64,000 nucleotides of DNA, taken from positions 1 to 64,000 of the IMG/VR virus record IMGVR_UViG_3300000117_000020. One strand, given 5' to 3'. The DNA comes from an uncultured virus (IMG/VR IMGVR_UViG_3300000117_000020) (lineage: Duplodnaviria > Heunggongvirae > Uroviricota > Caudoviricetes > Crassvirales). This document shows positions 27,946 through 35,343 of the stretch, piece after piece. Within the stretch, counting starts at the first letter, position 1. Every line of letters begins with the position of its first letter. The translations under genes were made by a program, and so were the position numbers. The notes under the pieces were generated by a model. The model was not told where the DNA came from. It did not search any database and worked only from the letters and a program-made list of their open reading frames with translations.

Positions 27946-28025
27946 AACTTTTTATCTATTTGTGTTGTTATATACATGCCTATTGCTATCCCTACTAATA
28001 GACTGTAAATTGCTATTTCTATCAT
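27942..28025 (-). CDS. 27-aa single-TM membrane peptide
   Basis: Read by hand: MIEIAIYSLLVGIAIGMYITTQIDKKL; ATGA overlaps at both ends. Confidence 0.6.
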   Translation of the reverse strand: MIEIAIYSLLVGIAIGMYITTQIDKKL

Positions 28026-28612
28026 ATTATTTCAAAACCATTACAATTTCGTAAAAAATTTATAAACTCTTTTAAATGATCTATATCAGTATGGTGACTA
28101 GGATAAACTTCTATTTCTTCACCACTCTTAGTTTTAAATTCAATAGGTAATCTATCTACAACACCTGGATACAATATATCTAGTGTATTTACATCAGCTT
28201 CATCTAACTTTTTAAAACTATACCCATTCTCTGATTTAATAGTCCACATACCCATATTAATACCAATCCTATCTATCTTATTATCATCCATACTTTCTAC
28301 AAAATCCTCAAGAGCATCTGCAAGTTTGTAACACTCATAGGTAATCTTAAGACCATGACCAGAGTTATGACCCCATCCTTCTGTGTTCATGTCAAGCTCA
28401 TATTTTAAAATAGCAGCATCACACAATGCATGTATTACACGCCATGACCATATGTTAGCTCTAAAGTAATAACCAGGATTATTATCATCCCACTCTTTAT
28501 CTAACTCCCAATAATAATCTTGTGCTTTTTGTGATAAATCTCTAAAATTATCAGGAAACCCTGGTTTGTCTCCTGTTATTGTTGGGTTTAACCCATATAC
28601 ATCCATTCCCAT
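28022..28612 (-). CDS. Hypothetical early phage protein (MGMD-start type)
   Basis: 196-aa ORF: MGMDVYG...YFRANIWSWR...EFINFLRNCNGFEI. Confidence 0.75.
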   Translation of the reverse strand: MGMDVYGLNPTITGDKPGFPDNFRDLSQKAQDYYWELDKEWDDNNPGYYFRANIWSWRVIHALCDAAILKYELDMNTEGWGHNSGHGLKITYECYKLADALEDFVESMDDNKIDRIGINMGMWTIKSENGYSFKKLDEADVNTLDILYPGVVDRLPIEFKTKSGEEIEVYPSHHTDIDHLKEFINFLRNCNGFEII

Positions 28613-28614
28613 AT

Positions 28615-28878
28615 CTATTTATTTTTAGGTTTATATTTTACATATCCATAATCTAACAGCTGTTGTTCTTCCCATTCTGTTAGTTCTCTTTGTTCTGCTT
28701 GATGTGCAACATGACATTCTATAATATCATTAACTGCTTCATCATATTCATACACAACAGTATCTACATCACATAGATGACCACATTTAATACAGTCAGC
28801 TACTGTTGTCTTTAGTTCCATTAATTGCCCACGATTTGAGCCACACTCTTTACACGGTTCTATTTTTACAATGTTCAT
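28615..28878 (-). CDS. Zn-ribbon protein
   Basis: CKECGS...CIKCGH. Start placed at MNIVK because the longer ORF runs through a hairpin. Confidence 0.65.
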   Translation of the reverse strand: MNIVKIEPCKECGSNRGQLMELKTTVADCIKCGHLCDVDTVVYEYDEAVNDIIECHVAHQAEQRELTEWEEQQLLDYGYVKYKPKNK

Positions 28879-28907
28879 AAGTTCTAAGTTTAAGTAAGTT
28901 AAATAAA

Positions 28908-28947
28908 TATAAGGGTAGATCACCTTAACAATAGATCTACCCCTATA
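28908..28947 (-). terminator. 14-bp stem-loop (terminator or processing site)
   Basis: TATAAGGGTAGATC-N12-GATCTACCCCTATA, followed by T-rich sequence on the minus strand. Confidence 0.55.
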
Positions 28948-29004
28948 ATGCTTCATACAATATTACATATATAATTACTAACAATATTGATATTATGAAT
29001 AGAC

Positions 29005-29211
29005 TCATTTGTTTAATGAATCTACTACTGTATTCAGCATAAACGCTCCCATTCCAAATGCAACTGATGCAAGTAAGAATATAGCAATGTACTTAAATGA
29101 AAGTATTATTGACCATATAAAGAAATATGCACCACCTAACATAAGGATTAACATAAGTGCAAAGATTGCAAAGTATTTTGCAAGATTAAAGATTGTCTTT
29201 AATGTTTTCAT
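29005..29211 (-). CDS. Small two-TM membrane protein
   Basis: 68 aa, strongly hydrophobic. Confidence 0.7.
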   Translation of the reverse strand: MKTLKTIFNLAKYFAIFALMLILMLGGAYFFIWSIILSFKYIAIFLLASVAFGMGAFMLNTVVDSLNK

Positions 29212-29268
29212 AATTTAATTAGTGGTAAGTCACAACCTATTAGTGTTATATTATATGATTAAGTAAAT

Positions 29269-29364
29269 ATGTGCAGGACATGATACACGGTGAAATCATG
29301 CGTGTGATGGCTGGCAAGCACATACACACACACAATAAAAGCCAATAGTATCAGATCCGCACAC
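29269..29364 (-). ncRNA. Candidate structured RNA (long hairpin with central bubble or pseudoknot)
   Basis: Nested complementary segments GTGTGC/GCACAT, GGA/TCC, TGATAC/GTATCA and TGTGTGTG/CACACGCA in a non-coding gap. Confidence 0.4.
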
Positions 29365-29371
29365 GATAAAT

Positions 29372-29396
29372 AAAAAAGGGGACGTTAGTCCCCCTT
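29372..29396 (-). terminator. Intrinsic terminator after the first leftward gene
   Basis: Minus strand GGGGAC-TAAC-GTCCCC followed by TTTTTT. Confidence 0.8.
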
Positions 29397-29401
29397 GAAG
29401 G

Positions 29402-29689
29402 TTAGGCTTTCTCTACATTGTAGAGTACTCCGTCCTTCTGTTCTCCCCATTTGAGCTCTGTGAGTTCAATTGGTTTAGAAAACTTCTTCTTTAACTCTTC
29501 GGTAGTGCTTGCACTATCTAAGATTTTATAAGAAGCAAACCTTGTAGGTTTGAGATCTTGGTCGAATAGCTTAGCTGTATCGCCAAGTACATTTACTTGT
29601 GTACCACCACCTAGTGGTTGGTCACATAGTGTTACAACGTTGTTTACATCGTTGTACTTAATAGCATATAATTTAGTTTTGTTTGACAT
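29402..29689 (-). CDS. First leftward (early) gene, hypothetical
   Basis: 95-aa ORF with its own terminator. Confidence 0.75.
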   Translation of the reverse strand: MSNKTKLYAIKYNDVNNVVTLCDQPLGGGTQVNVLGDTAKLFDQDLKPTRFASYKILDSASTTEELKKKFSKPIELTELKWGEQKDGVLYNVEKA

Positions 29690-29858
29690 AATTAAATAAT
29701 TTAGAAGCCCGCAGGGCTGTTGTTAATACAACAACTTGATGGGGTGCGGTTCTTAATACCCCCACACTCTCACAGATTTTTTTAAAAAAAATTTTTTTAA
29801 TAATTTTTTAACATTCTGTTAATATCTATTTAACATTAGATTAGTATATTGCAGTATT

Positions 29859-29930
29859 ATGAAAATAGACATTTCAAATTATTTATATATATTAATAATA
29901 ATACTTGCATTTGTTGTAGGAATTGTTTAA
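29859..29930 (+). CDS. Possible 23-aa TM peptide
   Basis: MKIDISNYLYILIIILAFVVGIV. It could be an AT-rich artefact because it overlaps a promoter-like element. Confidence 0.3.
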   Translation: MKIDISNYLYILIIILAFVVGIV

Positions 29931-29937
29931 TATTGTA

Positions 29938-30165
29938 CTGGAATCATAGATCACCCTAGAGGGCGAAAGTAGTTATAGGGTCAGAAGTTGGGTTTACGAA
30001 CTAATTTATTAGTCACGGTTGTCCCCGATAATTCCAAAAATTGTTTTGATATAAAACTTAGGTGGGAGTAATACTATAGGCTGACAGAAATGTACCCACG
30101 CAGGCTAAAAACGGTAAGTAGAAATTCAAAATTAAACTAATCTCTAAGGGGAGAGGTATATCCAA
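29938..30165 (+). ncRNA. Candidate multi-stem non-coding RNA (about 230 nt)
   Basis: No long ORF, locally GC-enriched, at least 5 pairable stems, preceded by TTG-N20-TAATATTG. Confidence 0.45.
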
Positions 30166-30187
30166 AAATGAAAAACTTCATTTATAA

Positions 30188-30220
30188 TTTGTTTTTATAA
30201 TTATTTTTATTATATATTTG
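30188..30220 (+). promoter_or_regulatory. Bacteroidota sigma70-type promoter
   Basis: TTTG-N21-TATATTTG, 22 nt before the groES ATG. Confidence 0.75.
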
Positions 30221-30242
30221 CAAAGAACTAATTTATAATAAA

Positions 30243-30518
30243 ATGGCAAAGAAAACAACATTTCAACCTTATGGTCAGTGGTTATTACTCCCAAATCCAG
30301 CAAAGAAGGTAACAGATTCAGGAATTATTTTAGACTCAAAAACAGCAGGAGCTATAACTACGAATATATTAGAAGTAGTAGCTACAGGTCCTGAATGTAA
30401 ATTTTGTGAGGTAGGAGAAACTGTAATGGTAGATCCAACAGTAGAAGCTCGTGTCTTACATTTAGATGAGGGAGAGTTTATTATTGTCCCAGAATACAAT
30501 ATTTTAGGTAAACTATAA
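30243..30518 (+). CDS. groES: Co-chaperonin GroES/Cpn10
   Basis: FQPYG...TDSGIIL (mobile loop)...VVATGP...VGETV...IVPEYNILG. Confidence 0.85.
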   Translation: MAKKTTFQPYGQWLLLPNPAKKVTDSGIILDSKTAGAITTNILEVVATGPECKFCEVGETVMVDPTVEARVLHLDEGEFIIVPEYNILGKL

Positions 30519-30519
30519 A

Positions 30520-30771
30520 ATGACAGGGACTGTTACTATTAGCTTAAAAGATTATCACAAATTGGTAGAATCAAAAACTAATTTAGATACATTAAAGGAT
30601 AACACTGCTTATAGTATAAAAGAATTACAAGTATTTTTATCTTTTATTTGTAGTAGAAAAGATATAAATACCCATATTGATGAATTTAATAGGCAATCAA
30701 AAAGATCTAAAATTATAATACAAAATGGGAAAGCGGTAATTCAAAAAAAGGATGAAAAAAACAGAATTTAG
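30520..30771 (+). CDS. Hypothetical protein
   Basis: 83-aa ORF in the operon. Confidence 0.7.
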   Translation: MTGTVTISLKDYHKLVESKTNLDTLKDNTAYSIKELQVFLSFICSRKDINTHIDEFNRQSKRSKIIIQNGKAVIQKKDEKNRI

Positions 30772-30940
30772 AATAACTAATTTTGAAGAGTTTATGTATA
30801 CACTAAGAGATTTTAATGAAAGTTTACATGAATGGGGGAGTGAGAATATATCTAATACATGGGACTTAGAATGTTCTATAGGAGAAAATGAATATATAAT
30901 ATATTTAACAATAGATGAAAGTAAAGATAAAAGCAAATAG
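30752..30940 (+). CDS. Hypothetical protein
   Basis: 62-aa ORF overlapping both neighbours. Confidence 0.6.
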   Translation: MKKTEFRITNFEEFMYTLRDFNESLHEWGSENISNTWDLECSIGENEYIIYLTIDESKDKSK

Positions 30941-31232
30941 TATATATAAAAGATTGCAAATATGGAATGGAATATTTGATCTTACAAATAAAGAGTTAGA
31001 AGTTGTATCAGCTTTTATAAAAGTAAATATAACAGCTAAAAGAAAAAATTTGTGTAGTAAAAAGAATAAAGATGATGTAGCTAAATTACTACAATTTGAA
31101 GATCCTAATGATTTAAATAATTATATTAAAAAATTAAAAGATAAAGGAGCTTTAACATTTAATAAAGGATCGTATGAAGTTAATAAAATGTTAAATCCTC
31201 AAATTAAAAAAATTGAAATCAATATTGTATAA
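30915..31232 (+). CDS. Putative winged-HTH DNA-binding protein
   Basis: LTNKELEV...VAKLL...LNNYIKKLKDKGAL...YEVN pattern. Confidence 0.55.
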   Translation: MKVKIKANSIYKRLQIWNGIFDLTNKELEVVSAFIKVNITAKRKNLCSKKNKDDVAKLLQFEDPNDLNNYIKKLKDKGALTFNKGSYEVNKMLNPQIKKIEINIV

Positions 31233-31245
31233 AAATTATGTTATA

Positions 31246-31335
31246 ATGGAATATCAATGTTATCCTTATGTGATTATAATTATGCAGGATAAACATGGTA
31301 AATTATTAAAAATAGAAGTAGATCAATATGAGTAA
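31246..31335 (+). CDS. 29-aa hypothetical protein
   Basis: Read by hand: MEYQCYPYVIIIMQDKHGKLLKIEVDQYE; fills the gap and overlaps the next start. Confidence 0.45.
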   Translation: MEYQCYPYVIIIMQDKHGKLLKIEVDQYE

Positions 31336-31825
31336 AAAAGAAGAACCAAAGCCGCCTAGTATTTTCCAAATGGCAAAAACATTTGCAGGAGAACTAACAA
31401 AGTATATTAAAGAAGGTGCCCCAAATGTATCTAATAAAGTATATATAGAAAGATTAGAGGCTTGTAATACATGTCCACATTTAATTAAAAGTAGTATGAG
31501 ATGTGGGTTGTGTGGTTGTTTATTAGAACATAAAGCTAAATGGAAAACAACAACGTGTCCTGATAAACCAGAAAGATGGAAACCTGTATTTATGGATAAA
31601 GCTGCGTTAGAATTAAAAAAGAATTTTGACGAAAAGGAAGAAGAAGAAAAAAGAAAAAAACAATTAGAAGATAAAAAAGCTGCAATACTTGTAGCTAAAA
31701 AAGTAAATGCTGAACGTGGTTATGGTAATTTGTCAGCTAAAGATTTAAACCCAAACAAATTAAAAGACACCTATTCTAAAATAAAAGATGGACAAAAAGA
31801 TAATAATTCAGAAACTAGCAAATAA
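31328..31825 (+). CDS. Cys-rich Zn-binding protein (DUF6171-like) with a charged tail
   Basis: RLEACNTCP...CGLCGC...KAKW...CP...W. Confidence 0.65.
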   Translation: MSKKEEPKPPSIFQMAKTFAGELTKYIKEGAPNVSNKVYIERLEACNTCPHLIKSSMRCGLCGCLLEHKAKWKTTTCPDKPERWKPVFMDKAALELKKNFDEKEEEEKRKKQLEDKKAAILVAKKVNAERGYGNLSAKDLNPNKLKDTYSKIKDGQKDNNSETSK

Positions 31826-32003
31826 ATATAATCTTCCATTGCAAACAATAGAAAATATTGTAATGTGTCAATTTAAATTTGTATCTAGTATAATAGATGA
31901 AGGTAAATTTAAAACTATTAGATTGCCATACTTTGGTAAATTTCATGTAAATAAAAATCGATTAAAATACTTAACAAAAAATGGATCTACTAACGATAGA
32001 TAA
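31788..32003 (+). CDS. HU/IHF-like DNA-binding protein
   Basis: IIQKLANKYNL...IENIV...IRLPYFGKF histone-like signature. Confidence 0.7.
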   Translation: MDKKIIIQKLANKYNLPLQTIENIVMCQFKFVSSIIDEGKFKTIRLPYFGKFHVNKNRLKYLTKNGSTNDR

Positions 32004-32484
32004 TAATAATGTAATACCTTCTGCGTATGCATTGACAATTTTAGAATTTAAAAGTTTGTCAATTTTAGAATTATCGTATGTATATTTTATGTGCGATCAT
32101 AATTCCCCATTTTGTGTTTATGATGAAGAAAAAAGAAAGGAAGAAGTAATAAAAAGTATTTTTAAAACAGAACATAAAATAAGTAGTAAAATAAATGCTG
32201 CTTGTGACAAGTATAAAGAATTAGCAGAAACCTCTGCTGTTAAGCTATTAAAATCTGCAAGATTATCTGTAACTAAATTAGAACAATATTTTAGAGATAT
32301 AGATTTAACTTTAATGGATGATAATGGTAAACCTATTTTTACAGCTAAAGATTTAGTTGCTAACCTATCTAAGATGGGTGATGTAGTATCTGGCTTATCT
32401 AAATTAGAAGAATTAGTTAAGAAAGAAGAACAAGCTGCAAATCAAAATAGAGGAGGCGTAATAACAAATAAATATAGTCAGTAA
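31981..32484 (+). CDS. crAss-like protein upstream of TerL (possible small terminase)
   Basis: Helical 167 aa with YVYFM.D..SP, D.NGKPIF and terminal RGG; assigned mainly from position. Confidence 0.5.
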   Translation: MDLLTIDNNNVIPSAYALTILEFKSLSILELSYVYFMCDHNSPFCVYDEEKRKEEVIKSIFKTEHKISSKINAACDKYKELAETSAVKLLKSARLSVTKLEQYFRDIDLTLMDDNGKPIFTAKDLVANLSKMGDVVSGLSKLEELVKKEEQAANQNRGGVITNKYSQ

Positions 32485-32648
32485 TGAAAATAGATTGGAT
32501 AAACTCTTGGAAAAGTCGTAAAAAAAGTAGTATCTTTGAATTCACAATAAGGTTAGGTTTTTTAACCGTCTTAGAAATTTATTTAAACTTTGATATTAAA
32601 GAACATAGAATTATGATTCTTAATTGCGGGTTTGAATTGTGGAAATAA
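32484..32648 (+). CDS. 54-aa hypothetical protein
   Basis: Read by hand: MKIDWINSWKSRKK...ILNCGFELWK; TAATG coupling. Confidence 0.6.
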   Translation: MKIDWINSWKSRKKSSIFEFTIRLGFLTVLEIYLNFDIKEHRIMILNCGFELWK

Positions 32649-32658
32649 AAAGAAAAAA

Positions 32659-33030
32659 ATGTATACATATAACGCAACAGTTGTTAAAATAGTTGATGGT
32701 GATACTATAGACGCTGAAATAGATTTAGGATTTGACATTAAGATCAAAAAAAGAATTAGATTGTCTGGTATTAATGCACCAGAGTCTAGAACAAGAAACT
32801 TAGCAGAAAAAAAGATGGGATTAGCTTCTAAAGCTAGACTAAAAGAAATGTTAGAAGGATCTGCTAATGAATTTGAATTAGAATCTCAAGACATAGGAAA
32901 ATACGGCAGGGTTTTAGGAAAATTACACATTAGTAAACTTTCTGGAAGAGAAACTATAACTAAAGTTTGTGTGAATGATCAATTAATAGAGGAAGGCTAT
33001 GCAGTGGAATATGATGGAGGAAAACGATAG
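32659..33030 (+). CDS. Thermonuclease (SNase-like)
   Basis: KIVDGDTI, IRLSGINAPE, GKYGRVLG, VNDQLIEEGYA. Confidence 0.9.
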   Translation: MYTYNATVVKIVDGDTIDAEIDLGFDIKIKKRIRLSGINAPESRTRNLAEKKMGLASKARLKEMLEGSANEFELESQDIGKYGRVLGKLHISKLSGRETITKVCVNDQLIEEGYAVEYDGGKR

Positions 33031-33325
33031 TCAGATGAAGTTCCTAGAAGATTTAGAGGATTACAATAAATCAATGGACAATGCTTTTTTAATTGTTACA
33101 AAAAGAAAAACATTAGATGATATTTATTTAGAGTTAGAAAATGATGATTATACAGAATTTTTTTTACCTTTTGATCCTATATCCAGTGATGGTAGGGATG
33201 GGGGTACATTAGAATTATTAATTAGTCATTTTGAAGAGTTAGAACAGTACGAAAAATGTGCAGAATTAAATAAACTAAAATCTCAATGCTTAAAAATACA
33301 GACAAACTTAGACCTGCAGCTTTAA
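33011..33325 (+). CDS. Hypothetical protein with a UVR-like helical motif
   Basis: HFEELEQYEKCAEL. Confidence 0.6.
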   Translation: MMEENDSQMKFLEDLEDYNKSMDNAFLIVTKRKTLDDIYLELENDDYTEFFLPFDPISSDGRDGGTLELLISHFEELEQYEKCAELNKLKSQCLKIQTNLDLQL

Positions 33326-35250
33326 GTTTTATTAAAAATGGGACTTATACTTTTGCTATTCCTGGCACTAAAGATTATTATGAGTTTTGGGATAAAGAAA
33401 GGCATAGGTGTTTGTATGGTTATAGCCACGGTAATTTATCTATTACAGGAAATCATTATTTTTATTTAAACTATTGTCCTATTGACAGATCTGTTGATGA
33501 GGAACTCCCAGATGGTACAATTATAGCAAGAAGAGAAAGAACATTTCCAGCATTCTACGATGGTGACTGGAAATATTTTAATTCTATAGATCGAGCAAGA
33601 AAAGAAAACAAACATATGATTGTTTTAAAAGCTAGACGTAAGGGATATTCTTACAAAGCTGCTGCTATGCTTGCTAGAAACTATTTTCATATAAGAAATA
33701 GTAAAAATTTTGTATTTGCCAGTCAAAAAGAATATTTAATTGGGGATGGATTGTTATCAAAAGCTTGGGATATATTATCTTTTGTAGATAACAATACAGC
33801 ATGGACACAACCTAGATTAAGAGATAGGGAAATGATTAAAGTGTCTGGATATAAGAAAAATGTAAACGGAGCGGACGTAGAGTTAGGAATGAAAAGCCAA
33901 ATAATGGGCGTATCGCTGAAAGACGCTCCTGATAAAGTGAGGGGTAAAGCTGGAGAGCTTATATTCTTTGAAGAGGCAGGTAGTTTTCCAGGATTATTAA
34001 AAGCTTGGGAAGTTACTATGCCAACTATGCGTCAAGGATCTAAAACTTTAGGAACTATGGTGGCATTTGGGACAGGTGGTACAGAAGGTTCAGACTTTGC
34101 AGGAATGGAGGAGTTATTTTATAACCCAGAATCATATGACTGCTTAGCATTTGATAATGTTTGGGATGCTGGAGGTGGAGGTACACAATGTGGTTACTTT
34201 ATTCCTATATATGAAAACTTAGAAGGGTTTATTGATAAAGATGGTAATAGTATAAAGCATGAAGCAGTTGAATTTGAAGAAGGAAATAGAAATAAGAAAA
34301 AAGGTACCAATGATCCAAAAGCTTATGATCAATATATAGCAGAGCACCCGTTAAATCCACGAGAAGCTACTTTACAAATATCATCTAACTTATTTGATAT
34401 TGCATCTTTGCAAGAACAATACAATAATGTTAAAGTAAATAATTTACATGCTATGGGTAATAATGGATCTTTATATTATGCCTATAATGGGGAAATTAAA
34501 TTTAAGTTAGATGGGGATGCAAGACCTATACTTAGATTTCCACATAGAAAAGAAGATAATTTAGAAGGATGTGTAACTATATACGAACCCCCATACAAAA
34601 CAATAGATCAGCAGGTTCCTGTAAACATGTATATTATTTGTCATGACCCTTATGCTCAATCTCAATCTGCAGATTCATCTTCTTTAGGATCTGCCTATGT
34701 TATAAAGCGTGTAAATAATATATCATCTCCAGATGATATGATAGTTGCTAGTTATGTAGCACGTCCACATTCACAAGACGAGTTTAATAAAAATTTATTT
34801 ATGTTAGCAGATTATTATAATGCTAGAATAGGATTTGAGAATGATCGTGGTGAAGTAATTGCATATGCACGTAGACATAGAAAGTTACATAGACTACAAG
34901 AAGAGTTTGAGATGTTAGATAAAAAAGACTTAAGATCTAAAAAAGTTAAACGTCAATATGGAATGCATATGACAGAGGCTAGAAAAAGACAAGGTGAAAT
35001 ATACATAAGAGATTGGTTAAATACCATTAGATCTACAAATGAAGATGGGACACAAGTATTAAACATGCATAAAATATATGATTTAGCATTATTACAAGAG
35101 CTAATTAAATTTAATCATAAAGGTAATTTTGACCGTGCTATGTCGTTAATGGTTGGGATGTACCACACCAGAGAAATGTATAATTCTGAGGTTAAAGAAA
35201 TATTAGAAGACAATGCATCTGCAGAATGGTTTGATAACAATCGTTATTAG
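33286..35250 (+). CDS. terL: Terminase large subunit
   Basis: LKARRKGYSY Walker A, FFEEAG Walker B, FGTGG, and a nuclease domain with DPY and NFDRAMS. Confidence 0.95.
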   Translation: MLKNTDKLRPAALSFIKNGTYTFAIPGTKDYYEFWDKERHRCLYGYSHGNLSITGNHYFYLNYCPIDRSVDEELPDGTIIARRERTFPAFYDGDWKYFNSIDRARKENKHMIVLKARRKGYSYKAAAMLARNYFHIRNSKNFVFASQKEYLIGDGLLSKAWDILSFVDNNTAWTQPRLRDREMIKVSGYKKNVNGADVELGMKSQIMGVSLKDAPDKVRGKAGELIFFEEAGSFPGLLKAWEVTMPTMRQGSKTLGTMVAFGTGGTEGSDFAGMEELFYNPESYDCLAFDNVWDAGGGGTQCGYFIPIYENLEGFIDKDGNSIKHEAVEFEEGNRNKKKGTNDPKAYDQYIAEHPLNPREATLQISSNLFDIASLQEQYNNVKVNNLHAMGNNGSLYYAYNGEIKFKLDGDARPILRFPHRKEDNLEGCVTIYEPPYKTIDQQVPVNMYIICHDPYAQSQSADSSSLGSAYVIKRVNNISSPDDMIVASYVARPHSQDEFNKNLFMLADYYNARIGFENDRGEVIAYARRHRKLHRLQEEFEMLDKKDLRSKKVKRQYGMHMTEARKRQGEIYIRDWLNTIRSTNEDGTQVLNMHKIYDLALLQELIKFNHKGNFDRAMSLMVGMYHTREMYNSEVKEILEDNASAEWFDNNRY

Positions 35251-35321
35251 TGTTATATTATAAAGAAAACTAAAAAATGTTTATAGATATAGAAAAAGTG
35301 TTTAATTTTACTTATTTTTGT
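35249..35321 (+). promoter_or_regulatory. Putative late promoter (portal)
   Basis: AGTGTTATAT..TAAAGA box starting 64 nt before a TATTTTTG -7 element; same layout at 38128. Confidence 0.6.
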
Positions 35322-35343
35322 GGATAGGTTAATAGTATAGTAT

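Noticed and set aside
28879..28956. N-terminal extension of the 28615-28956 ORF
   Set aside because: It runs through a hairpin; the downstream ATG at 28878 has a typical leader.
26612..29731. 14-bp inverted match TTGTATTAACAACA at 26612 and 29718 (possible invertible segment)
   Set aside because: A 14-mer match is expected by chance in 64 kb of AT-rich DNA, and no recombinase is present.
29938..30165. tRNA, tmRNA or hammerhead identity for the structured island
   Set aside because: No T-arm GTTCRA, CCA end, tag ORF or CTGANGA...GAAA core was found.
24449..35250. Introns or inteins in PolA or TerL
   Set aside because: Both are continuous and of ordinary length, with no splicing or homing-endonuclease motifs.
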